From Oopsacas minuta (taxonomy: Eukaryota > Animalia > Porifera): a stretch of 64,000 nucleotides of DNA. The DNA lies in NCBI GenBank assembly GCA_024704765.1, contig JAKMXF010000305.1:408778-472777 (forward strand), in the 5' to 3' direction. The translations under genes were made by a program, and so were the position numbers. Position 1 is the first letter of the stretch; the number at the start of each line of letters is the position of its first letter. Shown piece after piece: positions 12,117 to 27,700 of this stretch. The notes below the pieces were generated by a model. It did no database searches and was not told where the DNA came from. It worked only from the letters and a program-made list of their open reading frames with translations.

Positions 12117-12533
12117 AGAGTTGTGGATTTGATTTGATTTGGTGAATTTGATGCATTTGTAAAGGGAAATTATATTATTTGATTTGGATTTGATTTGGAT
12201 TTGATGAAATCTTTGAGTCAAATCCTTTGTTAAATTATGTTGGCTGGTGTTCTTATCAGAATAAATAATTATTTGTGCATTACAGTAGTATATGCTCTTA
12301 TATCTAGGTTGTTTAATGCGACATTTAATGAAAATGTATTACGTTTAATTGTTATACGTTATATACGTATTGATCAACTAAGTATTTTATTAAATCATAT
12401 CGAACAAGTACGCATTTCAATTAGTTCTCTCTATATTATTTGGATTTGATTGGAATTGATTTGATTTAGATGGATCTAATTAGGATTTGATTGATTTGGA
12501 TTGCATGACATATCAATCAATTCCACAACTCTC
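12117..12533. repeat. MITE-like element with internal (GATTT)n-type repeats
   Basis: 11-bp inverted ends AGAGTTGTGGA / TCCACAACTCT and clusters of GATTT/GGATTT near both ends. TSD not resolved. Confidence 0.45.
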
Positions 12534-14577
12534 TGTATATCGCATATAATTGTAGATCATTTGGACTATTTAATGAGAACTTTCTTAAATATTGTCGTCT
12601 ACTCCTTGAAAGATATTAGAGTACTCTTGTGACTTAGATTAAATGTTAGAAAAGTGGTACTTGTTTCTCTGTGACGAGTGTAGTTTTAGCAAACTATTCG
12701 ACAAGGTTCACTACAGTTACAAATATGACTCAATTTTGCCTATCAGATATAAATTCAACGAGCCTTTAGCACCTTGCTTCGCGATGAACTCGGCGCAATG
12801 CACCTCAAGGCATTCATTATTCACCAAATTGACGGAATCTCTGAGAATTATAATATAGATATATTTAGAAAAATGTAATTCGCAATTATACTTACATGTC
12901 ATATTTAGTATTGAATTAGTTTGAAAGATCAACCCCATTTGTAGCCGTTATGGCAAGTCTATTCATAAAAAAATATTTTACATATCGACAAACGAACAAA
13001 CGGACAAACAACAATTGAGATTTATAAAATAAATGTTGTTTACAATGCCATATTCGGACTCAGCATATTCGATTACCCCAGTATAGTCGTTGAAACCATT
13101 TCTACAAGAATTTTGAAATTTATTTGCTTTATAGTCATAAATTCGTATCCAGCGTACTTCGTTACTGCTTGGTAGCCGTTTGGTGCAAGCCTGTGCGTAT
13201 ATTTTGAGATTTGGATTATTTGTCTACCTTATATTCGTAAAAACAATAATAATTTCACATATGAGAATCTTGAAAAGATATACCGACTTACTATGAAAGC
13301 CAACCATTTTCGATATGTGCGAACTATACTAAAGTATAGTTGGCACAGCATATAGTAGAATATGACTAATCTAAGAGCGATCTTTTTCGGTTGCGCCTGG
13401 CAAATTTCTCCGTCACCTCCTCGGAGTTGAAAGGACCTGATTTTCGTTATATATGGGAATGTATTATTAATGGAGTATGTCTATGTATACTCCAGGGGAA
13501 AATTCACATTCAGGGGATAATTTCACTTCGATATAAGCGGCTGTTCCGTTATATCCGAGTTCGATGTAATGGTGAGTTATCTGTACCAAGCAATAAAGTC
13601 AATATTTGCATTATTAATCAATTAAGTTAATCTATTATAGTATATAGCTGATCAGGTCCATATAAAAGAAAATTTTCTTCTCCAATGAAGTTTATTTAAT
13701 TATAATTGTCTATCATCATTCACATGTAAGGTTAGGTTTCTATGCACAGAATTGGCAATATGAAAATTTAATTAAAAATAACTGGAGTAAACGGGGCCGC
13801 CCCACATCCCTTCACTTAAAAATCTATTCTTTTAAATTCAAATTTAATTTTTACTGAGGTAAGGGGGGCCTGGCCCCCATGTATCCGTCCATGGTTATAA
13901 CCACTTAGATTCTATTCTTGCTAAAGAAATATGGGATTCTCTATGGATTTAAGGACTAGAGAGTGGAATTCATCATGAAACAGCGATCTAGTTGTATGTT
14001 ACAAGTATATTAAGAGAAATATTCCGCAAGGATAACACACTTCTAATTATAAGTTTGCACTCATGGTCTTAATACCAATTATGCTAACGTCAATCATTAA
14101 ATGGCGCCTAAGCTACTTAACCACAAATTTTTGAACCTCATAAATGTTCCCACTGGATTCTCCATACCAGGATACCCTAATAAATGTGGAATCTGTATAA
14201 ATATAAAGTATAGTTTGTCTAAATGTGTCAAATACAAACTTGCATTTTTCATTCTTTGGCTTTCTCGGGAATTTATCTAGCCGAGGTGTTACACTCGGGA
14301 GTCCGTGGATAAGGCTATGATGGAGGTTCAAATATGATATGTAGACATAACGGTCTCCAGGCGAAGGTTGTCGTTTAATTCTTAGGCAATCTACCTCTAT
14401 TCCTTTCAGGCTTGCCGTGAAGATGAAAAATCCCATGCATATCCATGTCTTTTTGCGTGGATATCCACAACCCAAGACTGGCTAGTAGTGATCGTTATTT
14501 GCAGGTAATCGCTATGCAGAGGTTGATTAATGTATTAAATGTTGTACTAAATCTCTAGATACTATGTAAACTATCAT

Positions 14578-16470
14578 TCATAAACTCAAAACCCTCAATA
14601 TCACTATGATCCTCAAATGATAGTGATTTTGATTATTGTTGATAGCTTTTGCTACTTCCACTGGTTCGATTACAATTCCCGGATTCTTGATTAGTGTTAT
14701 ATATTTCTTCTGGTACATGATGTATACCAGTTTCTTCACGACCTCCGGAGACATCGTCTTTCTCATCTTCGAAAGTAGATTGCCGGCCTGGCTGAACAAC
14801 CTCTCCACCGCTGCAGAAGATACTGGTGCGGAGAAAAGTATTTTTGCTCAGGTGCGCAGACGTGTTAGCCCACTGTACCGCCAAAACTCAGTCGGATCCT
14901 TCATGGGTATCCGCGTATCTCTGAACTCTTGGAGCTCTATACCAAGAGTAGAAACCTTTGGCTTTTGGCTAGCGGCCGCTCATCCTCATCATTATCAGAG
15001 GTAAACAGGTACAGATCTTGAAGAGGGTCTCCAGACTTTTGCTGATTAACCTTTTTCAGTCCATGTGGATCGTGCTGTTTAACAGATGTTTCGCACATTC
15101 AAAAGAGCTGTTCAAGATACTGATCAACAAGGCTGTCGTGTTCAGCTGCCACTTTCAGCCAGTTAGCAACGAATATTTTATGCATTGAACTATTCGATCG
15201 GGAATACTGCTTTACATACCCTCAAATATAAATGGTTTTCGACATATTCAGACCTACAAGAATGAAATTGTAAATTGCAGAAACGTGCTCAGCAGAGAAA
15301 TTAGTGAATAAAGGTTAATGTAGACCATGTAGGTTTAGTTGCTTACTTGAGAGATAAGCAGCAGATTGTGAAAAGGCAGATCCAGAACATCCAGAATTTT
15401 TGCTCCATTTAACCTCGCAGATTCTGGCATAAATCTCTTGTAACACCTTGCTCAGATTCATCTACTTGGCGACCGAATAAATACATGATCTATGCATCCA
15501 ATCTACCTTCAAAATTGTGATCAATTGTCTCCCATCGACCATCGAAAGCAGCTTCAACTTGTTCTCATTATCAGTAGTAACAAAGAATGGGTACCGTGGT
15601 TTCATACCCAACGAAATGTCTCTTCAAACATTTTGAATGTGAATTCTGAGTCATGTGAGACATCGTCGAGGTTCTCCAGACGAAGGGGAACTGAAACCAC
15701 TCCAATTCCTCGGTTAATCCACAAGCAATAATTCTACCATATTCAATTCGTTGCTGGTGCTTACCAGACCAATAATCTATAATCCCGGAGACACATCTAT
15801 CGGCCGCTTCAGATTGCGAAAACAACATGTACAGCTGCTTGAGTTGTAATGGGCGGCTTTACCTTTCTCTTGTATACCTGTAAAATGGTTACTTGAAATT
15901 GGCTTGATCATGTATACATACATATTTATTCCTAGAATCCAATTAATTTATTGCATTTGAAACAAATTTGTATTTGATTTATTCATTCGTATCATAAAAT
16001 AGTTAGGAAAAAGTATAAAATCACGTACCTTTGTGATGTAGGTCCGCCCAATGTTCCAGTTGTACAGAGAATTGGTTCTTATGGTCAATTCTGCTGTATA
16101 GTTGGCATGAGCCGAAGCTAAGTTGGCACATGCGTTGATGGAAATGGTTGGGTTCTCGCTTAACTGATCCACTACTTCATCCCTCCACATTCTCTTCAAC
16201 TTGCACGGTAGAGGCTTCCTTGTTTCTGATGGCTTCAACGCGGCAAAGCAATGCTCGATTAGAGGCTGTTGGGCAGATGTAGAAGCCTTAGACTCATTCT
16301 TGCTACACATTTCCTGGTGGAGTTTCACGGTGCTCATCCCAGTCTGGTTTATCCATTTTCCTTTGGTCTAATTGTACCACACGAATGTTCTGAAACAAAA
16401 ACCACACGAGAGGTATGGCGGGTGTTTCTTTTCCTCAGTGAGGTAGATAGCTTTGGCATTCATATTATTT
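14578..16470 (-). pseudogene. Decayed hAT (ZBED1/ZBED4-like) transposase
   Basis: C-terminal dimerisation motif ERLFSQAGNLLSKMRKTMSPE, a first-catalytic-strand region CVSGIIDYWS, and an N-terminal VWRVF BED-like remnant. Many stops and frameshifts; termini not established. Confidence 0.7.
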
Positions 16471-16929
16471 TTTTGGGAGATGCAGGTACATCTTTGTAGA
16501 TGGCCGAGTTATCTCTTAGTCTTCCATTTATGCAATCACGACTGATTTCTTGGAATTCCATTAGGTAAAATTAAAGATGATTACACTGACATACAACATT
16601 TTGATGATCTTCTTTCTCTATAATTTTTGCATAGTGTAGATATATATTGGGAATTATTATGTATGTTTCGCGTTCTCAAGGGTACTAAAAGTAAGAAATT
16701 TCTATTTTAGTTATGTCGGTCTTTTAATTGACTACATGGTCAAAGTATTTCTAAATTCAATTCTACACATCACCCTTATCCAATTTATTTGCTTTTAATT
16801 GCCTATATGATGTAAATTGCCTCTAATAGTAGTTATAATCTGTTTTAATCCACTCGAGATTTAGTTTAGCTTGTTCATTTTATTGTTTATGGATTCTAGG
16901 GTTTGTAACTATACTCCTGAAAAGTTTTG

Positions 16930-17320
16930 TTATATTTGTGGGAGGTATACTACAACTGACCAACGGCAAAATATCACAAAGACTGTAGAACGCTGTTATT
17001 CGCATATTTTGGATGATCTTGGGGATCAAGATTAGCCGTGGGCTCCACACAACGCCTGTAAGACATGCGTTGAGAACTTACGCTTGCGGTATGCTGGGAA
17101 GAGAAAGAAAATGCCGTTTGCGTTTCCGATGCTATGGAGAGAGCCGATGTGTCATCTTTCGGGATGGCATTTCTGTATAACGAAAATTGATAGTATCACA
17201 AAAATGAATGAACCCAGTATTGTGTATCCAGATGTACTGTCCGCCATTAGGCCAGTTCCACGTTCAGAGAACCTACCTGTACGAGTTCCATTAGAAATAT
17301 TGGACATTAGCAGTGACAAT
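16930..17320 (+). pseudogene. N-terminal fragment of a second, divergent Chapaev3-type transposase
   Basis: LGDQD*PWAPHNACKTCVENLR..GKRKKMPFAFPMLWREP.CH...HFC...IVYPDVLSAIRPVP parallels the N-terminus of the two full copies. Confidence 0.7.
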
Positions 17321-20300
17321 GATAGTAATGGAGATACTATCATTGTCACTGCTATCTGTTTGTCTGTCTGTCTGTCTGTCCGTCCGTTTATTTGTTGCTA
17401 AGGAAGCTGAAATGGAATGTGGAATTCGTATTTGCAAAAATGTTTGTATCTATATATCTATGGTGTTAATCAAGAAATATACAAATTTCATAAACTTGAC
17501 TAAAGGTTAGCCAATATCCTGAATCCGAATCACACATGAATTGGTCATATACAAATTTTAGTTGTTTATATGAATATTAAGTGAACAAAAAGTAAACAAA
17601 TTTCAAAATTATCCTGGAAACGTGGTTTCAATGGTTATTGTGGGGTAATCGGGACGCTGATTCCGAATATCACACAAACTAATAGTCAAAGCGAGGGCCG
17701 AAGGCCGAATACGGACACGAAGTGTTAGAATCCGCGTAGTACAAGCCGCAAGGAAGCGTAGTGTCCTAGTGATAGTTAATATTAATATGATTTAGTAGGT
17801 AATAAACATAAATGTATGTTTAATTTCATATATTTAATCGCATATTGGTGTAATCTTCCAACCAAAAAATTACAAATTCTAGACCTGTCGTAAATACATA
17901 CTGAACTAATTCATAAACAATCCCTTCAAATTATTCAATTTCAGCTATTTTTATTTAATCATCAAAAACTTTTTACAATTTTGTATATCAGTGTTATCAT
18001 TGACAATTTTCTATAATACATTTATATAGAGGCGACTACCTGACATTGTTGTGGCTAGTCAGGTAGCATAAGTCTTCAACAATTACATGAAAAGAAATAT
18101 TATATCACTAATCAATTATAACAGCATCTACTGTTTATCCTATAACAACCATTCAGTGTTGAAATATTTCAAAAAGTACAACATTGAATTAGACATCTAG
18201 AACATACTATGGATCAACGATATTCACAATAGTCCATGGGATATGACCAAAACGGGGAAGTCTCGCTTGTCAGAATTTCGAAGTTGTCACAAGTCAGAAT
18301 CTACTTTTCAGACATGTCGCGTGGCAAAACGAGGTCGGGAAAACCTTTTTATTGTTTTAATTATAAACCCATACCATTGGGAGGGGATTAGGGATATAGT
18401 TCACTACCTTATGGATCTGGGAGTTTTCATTTGTACTCGATATTAAGCTACCCAGGGGCAGGGATAAGGACTTCATGAGAATTTTGTGTTCGGATGGACT
18501 TTGGTTGGACTAATTATTAGAAAAGTTTGCAGAATGGCGGACCATGGATTTTTTGTTTTTAATCTTGTGACAACAGTCTGAAAATCGATTCTTACTTGTG
18601 ACAACTGTCTCATAATCGCTTTTGACTAATGACAACGTCTAAATTCTGACTATTGAATGCGCCCCACCAAATCCTAGATGATATCCATGTCCATGGCAAG
18701 CCTGATTCCTTTGGACGCCAACAAAATTTGGCCATATAAGAGTCTCTGAAGTCAATCCCAGAGGTTGTTCTAGCGTTGGCGAGAATGACTACAGTTGTGT
18801 TTCTATAGCTGTAGTAGCAGAGGATCAAATTAAAGTATTTTATTCAGACCTCTTATGTCACTGATGGAAACAGGTTCGAGGGCCCTATCTGAGTGTTACT
18901 AAAGCAAGATCTAGACTTAATAGAACTGGATCGCTGCACTTTTGGAGAGGAAAGTATGACAGATGAAGACCTGACAAGGCTGGTGCGCTTATCTGCTTGT
19001 GACGTCCATCATGATCATCTCCGTTTTGAGAGAAACATGTGGTTAGAAAGGTGCCGTCATGAGAATGCCTCAACGACGGTTGATATATTTAGAAGGAAAC
19101 TCGTCGATGAAGACGCGCGGATATAGAGGATTCCCAATGTGCACTCATCATATGTTGCCTATATGGGCCTGCCTGTGAGTACATACTAAGCTCGTTCGTT
19201 TAGCATGTTAGGCAGGAGCTATACAAATTTACGATGCAGTCAGACTCAAAAGACCCTAAACCATCGTCCAATCTTGTTTGCTCACACTGACATCGTTCAT
19301 ACCATTGAACTTAAAGCTTTCAAAGATTAATTAGTCGGTAATACAGTACGAAGAAAGAACAATTTCGGGCCAGCACTTAACCGCTTAGTTTGAATATATA
19401 CCGTTTTTTCATTTTGCTTTCTTACACTCAATTATTGTGTTAATCAGATTGTTTTACCATAACATGTTAATTACCAGACTTTCAACATAGTATTGGATGA
19501 TAAAGAACTAATAACTTCAAATACAATATACAGGAGCAAAAAATGGATACTAGTTTGAGAGTGGGTCCCCCCCCCCTAGATATTATGGATTTTGAAATAT
19601 AATTACTCTCTATTTACAATATTGTTTGAAAAATCAATGAAAAAACTTGTTTTGAAAAATTTATTTCAACAGGTAAAAAGTCATAAGTTCTTGGTAAAGT
19701 TCATAGTACTTGACATGTACTTGCCATAAGTCAAGGCTTCATACCAAAGCCAAAATCTAAAGCGCTACGTCAATTGTGCTGTACTATTGATTTGGACCTT
19801 GGACATGTAAGGTCAGTCATTAATTAAATAATTAGGGAATTATATTCATGGCGAAAAAAATTAAACAATATGTTTCGGCACGAATAAATGCATTATTGAT
19901 ACTCACCTTACGCATAATCTATCACTACAGAACTTGAGGTAATTTAAACTGGCTCGCCTAATCACTGGCGTAGCCAGGTTTTTGTGTACTGTGGTGCCAC
20001 CGCGGACCACCTTGGCTACTTCTCTGCGTCTAATCAACTCTTTGCAATACGTACAATCAACTCTCTGCAATACGTACAATTTTAATGTTCCTATATAGTT
20101 TCTACTTTTATCAACTTTTACGCATATGTTCTGGAGATATCTTATCATTCATAAGGTATATCTTTTCCTATATCTACAATCACTGTAGGGTGTCCGCAAA
20201 ATCAAAATTTTGATAAGTTTATGAGGTACACCCTAAACAGTTTCTAAGTATCATAAAATGATTGTGAATCAACACAAACTTTTTATAACACTTAGAAATT

Positions 20301-22435
20301 TCAGATATATATGTTGTGATTTAGGGGTCCCGCAATCGCTTCGTAAACTGTATTTCTACATAATTAGATGGAAATTTCAAAATTCAAATTTATGATAGGA
20401 ATTCGCTTTCAAGGGCTAATCTGGGGTAATCGACGATGTGGAATTCAAATATACTATCATATATTAGATATCTTGAATATTTTATAGATTTGAATGTGTT
20501 TTTGGAATGTAGCAAGTGTCTTTAACTCTCCAATAGTTCCCTCTATAACAATTATCTTTCACTGATCACTAAATTCACCTGTTATTTCAAGTAGTTGAAA
20601 AATTCAAATTGTATCTGATATGTAATCAGTTTGTTCTACCAGTACAAATTTAATGTACTTCCCATTATTCATTTATATACTCAAAGTTAAATTTCTTTCA
20701 CAATTCATGTACGAATCTATGATATAATCAATCAGAATGAATTCCTAAATTTACCTAACGGTGTTGGACTAGGATTGTAGTAGTGAGATTTGGAAAATTT
20801 GAATTATGTATTTTCTCAAAAACTTTAAAATTTTCTAATTATGCAAAGGATTCTCATTTTATAATATTTTCGCAAAAAATTTGAACAATCTCACATATTT
20901 TACATTTTCAGCGTCATCAATACCTTGATATTTTTTAAACTAAATTATTTTAAAATATTTTTCTGAATTTTTCAAATTTTCAGGATCTAGTCAATGCACT
21001 CTATATTTCATTATTCCATTGAAAACAATGACCTTCCTTGTTAGTTTTTCCTCTGTACTATTCTTTAAAAGTAATTTTTCTTTAGTATCGGTTTTCTAAA
21101 TATTGTATATTTTTACAAGCCACTGAAATTTGTTGCACTTTTGTGAATATACTATTTGAATGAAAAATTAAGTGATTTTTCTAGATAGTATCAGTAAATT
21201 CGAGTACGAGCCAAAACTTCCAATTCATATATATTTCCATATAATTTAGGCACATATATATAGAAATAGTATGAAAAAGACAAAAAATTTGGTAGTGAAA
21301 TTCGAAATCTGTATATAATTTAACTATGATGTAAAAATCAAGAATGATGTCCGTACCCGACCTAGTAAATAAATTCAGGACGGTCAGGACTATTGGATAC
21401 ATAAAACTGACTCTCGCATCATCTTCCTGATAGTAAAACTTTCGTTAGTCAGGCGTAATCGGGTATACATATCCCAATTTTAATATATAAATCTATGGCT
21501 ACATGATTTACCATATGATTAATCATATTACACAACATTTTGAAACGATGTTAGATATTTCGTTTCAACACGAGTCAGGGGTAATCCAGCATTTAGATAC
21601 TAAATCAATTGGCTAACTCATTGTTAACCTGCGTCACATTTGAATATATTTGAGGTAATCATATGAATAATTATATTTTCACGCCTTTCATCTATAAAAT
21701 ATCCTAGGGTTTTAGAGTTATGGCCGCTACTCCTTCATTATGGGTGCTTCAAGTCCCTTTTGAGACACTAGTTTCACCTCTCTAACTTCATAGGGCCTGA
21801 TGTACTTATTTATTGATTGTTAAAGTATAATTGTTAAATTTATCATCAGATATTTCCTCTATTACTCCCTTCCAATATTTATTACCTGATTTTTTTCCAG
21901 GACAAATTGAAGGATATTCCTCAATTTTTCAATCCAAACCGCTGCTTTTCTCGCGTTCCCTAATTTCTAACGTGTCCCTACTTCTCATATATAACCAGGG
22001 CCCTGGAGAAGGGTTAAATGGGGTAGCAGCTTTATCTGGTTTGGGCCCTGATAAGTAGCAAACGGTACAAAATTTATAGGAAGCAAGGGGGTTTGTTGTC
22101 TCTTGAGAGACTCATAAAGGCAAGGAGGGCAATTATTTGGGAAGTCGCTGTATCGTGATCTGATTTGTACATGTGTTGAGATATAAAATTAAAGATCTAA
22201 ATTCCCTTATGTTCAGAGCCCATTAGTTTATGCTCTATCTTATCAATGTCCAGATAAAAATTTTGTGTTTTTACATTAAATAATGTGAAAGCCTAAAAAT
22301 TTGGTTTTAATTCCTTCCATTTCATTCGAAATCCCAAATATTGATTTATTTTCTTTTTCCTGATGTTTACCTTCAACATTTTTAATTTATCGTTATTTGT
22401 AGAAGTTTCGTTTCTTAAGCCATTTTCAAAAATGC

Positions 22436-24705
22436 ATGCAAGAAAAAGTTGATGAATCCGTCTTTGACCAATTAAAAATTCAAGATTTAACGGACGTCAG
22501 TGAAGTGGAAATAAGAGACGGAAGTCTACTAAACAGTACTTCTTTCTGTGCTGACATTGGCACTCATCGAAATATTCAAGTATTACCAGATTTTTCAATT
22601 GAATCCTTTGTCAAAGCTAATCTTCTACCATTCTCTTCTAAAGTGGAATACGATGATTTAAAAAACATTTTCCTTTCTCCATTTGACTACCAAACTATCA
22701 AATGGTGAAGTAAGAAAATAGTGACATCCTGACTTATAGCAATCATACAAAATCTATCTTTTGTTTTCCCTGTTAAATTTTCTTTACAAAAACAAATCTC
22801 CTCCAACTTTACCAGCATTAGCCATACTACAGGGTCTGGGAAAAATATTGGTTGGTATAGACTTTACAGCTATGTGAAGTCTCATGTAACCTGTGAGCCC
22901 CATAAAACATGCTACCTTCTGTGGAAACAGGTGACTATGTGCCTCAAATCTTGCACTGGGATTGACAATCAATTCTACCAAGGTCTTCTAACACAGAAAA
23001 GAAATGGCGAGATCTGCCCAAAGAATTCTAGACGTTATTTTTTCCATTGGCAGAGAGGCTTGCCTTTCAGGGAGATTCAACCCTCATCTGAGATCCTTTC
23101 AATGGAAACTTGCTTGGAATTCTAGAACTTCTCTCTCTCGTAATGATAGCACCCTGAAAAGGACATATTGAACATGTTAGAAAATCTCAGCCCCAAGGAA
23201 ACATCTTTAAATCCATTATTTATCCAACGACTCTCAAAATGAATTCATTGAACTTTGTGGTGAAAAAGTGGGAAAAGCTGTTCTTCATGAAAGACACTTA
23301 GCCAAATACTACTCAATAATGGTTGATGCAACTCCGAACTGCTTATGTTTATAACAAGCGGTCTTCATTTATCGTTATCTCAAGCGGATTAATGATACAT
23401 CATCGAAGAACGATTCTATACATTCATACAAAATATCGGAAAACTGGAGAAGAGACATGCAATATGATTTTCAATTTTCTTGAAAGAATAAATGTTTCTT
23501 TAGAAGACTGCCTCGGGCAAGGGTAAGATAATGCTGCAGCCATGACTGGTGCATGCAAAGGAGTTCAATTTAGACTATTTAAAAAATTTACTTATTCTTT
23601 ATTCCCCTCTGTGCGTCCCATTCTTTGATTATATGTGGAATGACGCCCCAGCATGTAGCACAGAAGCCATTATTTCTTTTGGCACAGTGCAAAAATCTTC
23701 AATTTTTTCCATTCAAGTCTAAAACGATGGAAATTCTCAAGTCCAACACGGGAATTCAATTCATGGTTCCTCATCTACACGTTGGCTATCTAGGTGAAAG
23801 CCATTCGTCCTCTCAAAAAGAATCTGCCTAGCATTGTAACAAGTATAGAGTCGTGTAAATCCATGGAAATTAAGGATATAACCAAAGCAAATTGAATGGC
23901 AGGATCAAATATCTCCAATCATTCGAATGTCATCTCATGTCGTGCATTTGGTTCAGAATTCTTGAACGAATTGATTACCGTAATAACCTCCTACAAGCTC
24001 GAAATATATCCATAGATGTGGAAGTTGACAATCTTCAAAGTTTCGTTAAGGATTTAACAATTGATGTAAACACAATGGCCATATTTCCTTACAGAGTCAT
24101 AGGATATTACCAAATCCATAGACGCCACTCCAGAAAACGATAGCAAACTGAGAATCAAAAGGAATTGACACTTCAATTTAAAGAATATGTTTTCATGAAT
24201 TCGGTGAATGAAGGTACGGAGAATAGATTTACAGGAGTAACTATAATTCACTCTCTTTTTGGCTTCTTCTGGACTTACACCTGGTGAACAGATGAAGCAT
24301 TAAAAGAAAACTGCGAGTTATTCTCTCATAAATATCCAGATGTTTCAGCAGAACTACAGGAATAAATTCGAAGCCTAAAGTTTATTCATGAATGCAACTT
24401 TGGAACTGTCTGCCTGCTCCATTAGTTAACCTGAATAGAATCACTGAAATGGGTCTAGAATCATAATATCCCAATGTCTCCATCGCTATTCGCAATTTTA
24501 ACACTTCCCATCACTGTTGCCTCGAGTGAACGATCTTTCAGTTAAATCAAATTTGGAGATAATTACCTTCGTTCAATCAGGAACCAAGAAGGACTTACCA
24601 GCTCGACAATCCTTAGTATTGAAGATGATCTCGCTCGCCAAGTCAACTTTGACGATGTTATTGTTACATTTTGCCTCAGAGAAAGCTCGCAGAATGCCTC
24701 TCTAA
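22436..24705 (+). pseudogene. ZMYM1-like hAT transposase relic
   Basis: YYSIMVDATP, LEDCLGQG*DNAAAMTG..KGVQ, CASH, TLPITVASSERSFS, and a C-terminus VNFDDVIVTFASEKARRMPL*. Many lesions. Confidence 0.8.
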
Positions 24706-24746
24706 CGTGCGACTTTGGTAAAACTACCAAAGAGAATAGAATGTAA

Positions 24747-27700
24747 CATAGCCTATTAAACATAAGGTCATTTCACTACTTTGGACCAGGGATAAGATCC
24801 TGTCAAATTTTTCTAGTCTACAACACATTTATATCCTTATAAATTACTTTATTCTTCTCCGTATTTGAGTATTATTATCATAAATATAGTAGTATGGGTA
24901 TTTAATAGCTTCTCAGTACAAACACAATGATAAAATATGACACTATTAAATACAATGATGAATACAATTCATTTATTTAGAAGATAATTTGAGAAATTTC
25001 ATTTGATTACCTTTGGAATAGGCAGTGGGAATATGTAGATTCTTGGCCTTATTGTTAAGTAAACAATTGGCTACTTGTCAAAAGTGAATGGAATAAGCTT
25101 TTCCTTCTGTACAGCAATCGAAACACTCTTAATCCAGGTCTTCAAACTCCTCACTACCAAGTTTAAGAAGAGTTAGTTGCACTAAAATTGATCTTGAATC
25201 CGATCGTAGAAAATCATTGAGAACTGGCGGACGTTCAATATTTGTAAACACTTTCCAGGTTGTAAAAACAGAATTAAGAACTTGTTTAGATGGCCATTTA
25301 AGTCCGCCACGATCTAGCAGTTGAATCAGCGAAAAATTATTATCTAGATCTTCTATTTCTATATACTTGCCCTCAGTTAGTATAGAGTAACATCCTGGTT
25401 ACAATTCTGAAGTTTTAGTTAATTTCCTTATCAAAGAAAAAGCTGCATACCCTCCGGTGAAAGCTAGAGTTCGTGTTGTATCAGCATTCGGGGGCAAATC
25501 TTCAAAAGAGAGAACACATGTAAGATGATTTATATTCATCTTATCACCACAACTAGTTGTACAACCAAGATAAATCTCGTTTTCCTGGATTTGAAATGTA
25601 CTGATAAATTCCATAAAGGAGCCTCTATCTTTGCGGTTATAATCTTTCCTATGATATAACTTGAGAATATTGGACAGTTTTTAGTACCCTTTCACTTTCT
25701 AGTACTTGACATACAGAAACATTATAGTTTAATCCTGACATCTGTCGATATAATCCAAAATGGTGTTCAATTGGATCATTTTGTATAAAAGATGACAATA
25801 CATAAGAGAATCCACATTCTCCAGTCAAATATTCTACAAGTTTTGGTAGAGCAATGCTTGAATGGCAAAAGCTAGCAAAGGTCTGAACTGTTAGTTTCCT
25901 AGTGTAAATGATAAGCTTTCCAGTACTCTAGCCAACGAACTATTATAGATGTAAAATTAAGCCTGGGATCATCCTGCAAAAGTGGTAGAGAAGCTCGATC
26001 ATTGAGACGAACGTCCTGCCAAGGAGTGTTAACATTGAAAAGCTTCAAGATTTGACAAATCAAAGCTATAAAGTCACCAGTCTGATTGCTTTGAATATAA
26101 TTTTTCAATTGATGTAAGGTCAAAAGGTAGCTAAATTAGTGTATACAAATATCCGAAGTGCAAGCTTAACGTTCTGTTTATCTAGCGCAGATGGCAAGCA
26201 TAATTTGTAATTTAACTTTGGTGCTAGTTTTGCAACAAAAAATTGATCTAATTTGAATAGTAGCCTCAAATCCTAAATTAGAATGAATGGAATAAAAAGT
26301 GTAGATCAAGTATCATAATAATTAGAAAATAACTGAAAAGATGTTTTTGACAATCGTACTGGGTGAGTGGAATTGGAAATATCTTCAAAGTTTGGATAAA
26401 AGAATGTACAGTTATCATCTTTTTGATTTACCAATTATTCTTAATAGACTTGATAATGTGTACAAAATCAAAAACTAGATAAAGAGAGCATCCACTACCA
26501 TTTGGATAAGGGACACAGGGTAGAAGATCTGTATTATTCCCTAGTAACTTGAGAAGATTCACATTCAAAGGATAGTTATCTGAGACAATCGCTTCTACAA
26601 TTAATCCACATTTAATCCACACTTTTCAATATCACAAATTATTCGCTGAGTAATTGGAATAAATCTGTTGCTTTAGGATTGGTTAGTGGGAACAAACGCA
26701 CGACACTAGACCATTTCTTATACAAGCTGGTAACCATAAAGCATAAAATAGTTTAGGTTGCTTCTATCTCATCTGATTTTGAATATTCAGCCGTACCAAT
26801 AAACCTTCCTCCTTAAAACACAAAATATATAGAATGACTTCATAGATTGAAATAATACAATAACGAACCTTTACAACTATTGCAAGATTTCACATGAATC
26901 TCATCAATATTAAGGCAAACATGACGTTCATACTGGTTAAATTCGGTTGTTTCTGCTCTGAGATAAGTCAAGAAATCCGTATCAAGGCCAAAGTTAGAAT
27001 ATAACTGAAATAATGATGATTCGTGAGGCAGAAAAACACAATCCTTATTACGAAGTTGTGTGTAACAAGTAAAAGATGATAAATGACACTTTAAAGATAA
27101 TATCATTGTAGCCATATTATACAGGCGACGTGTTTTCTTTACAGTAGAGTTTTCTAGCTCGCCCAAAATAAAGTAGAGCTGGGATAATAGGTTGTGGAAC
27201 TTGTAGGTACCTGGAACCATAAGATAACTTGTAATTGTACTCACACGAATTTAGATTTTATATATTATGAATCCTACCTGACTGGCCGAATACTTGTTCT
27301 ACCAAGGAAATAGCTTGTTTCATGGAAGAAATGCAATGTGAAAGCTCTAAATAGATTGTAAAAAGTTGGTAATGTTCGAAACAATGTTCATAAACTGTCA
27401 GTGTATAGGGAATATGTCTTACCAACATCAACTGCATTATACTCAGTGTAATTAGACAATTCATCAATCAATGTAGAGTTCTGACGCAAATCACAAATAG
27501 AATTGATTAATAGATCCCATGATGGTAACACCTCACTTGAGAACAATAGTAAAACTATCTTGTACAGAAATAACTCCACAATTTGTTGTTAGATGGACGA
27601 TACTAATTACGTCGCCCATATTCCAACAATCCATTCTTGGGGATCTTTATGTTATGTGATTTAGTGTTTATGTCATTTAAACTAGAGACAGTGAATTTTC

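Noticed and set aside
14113-14475. 120-aa minus-strand ORF
   Set aside because: No recognisable motif, non-ATG start, and no consistent splice structure.
14483-16544. Candidate TIRs for the ZBED-like hAT relic
   Set aside because: Only 9 of 12 positions match and the flanking 8-mers (AGACTGGC / ATTTCTTG) are not a TSD.
17687-17772. Helitron-like 3' end (GC-rich stretch ending CTAGT); a similar GCGAAGCGCGG motif lies near 1560
   Set aside because: No convincing terminal hairpin, 5' TC end or Rep/helicase remnant could be identified.
18610-19126. GC-richer island with several 60-77-aa ORFs
   Set aside because: No recognisable domain or termini; probably a decayed repeat.
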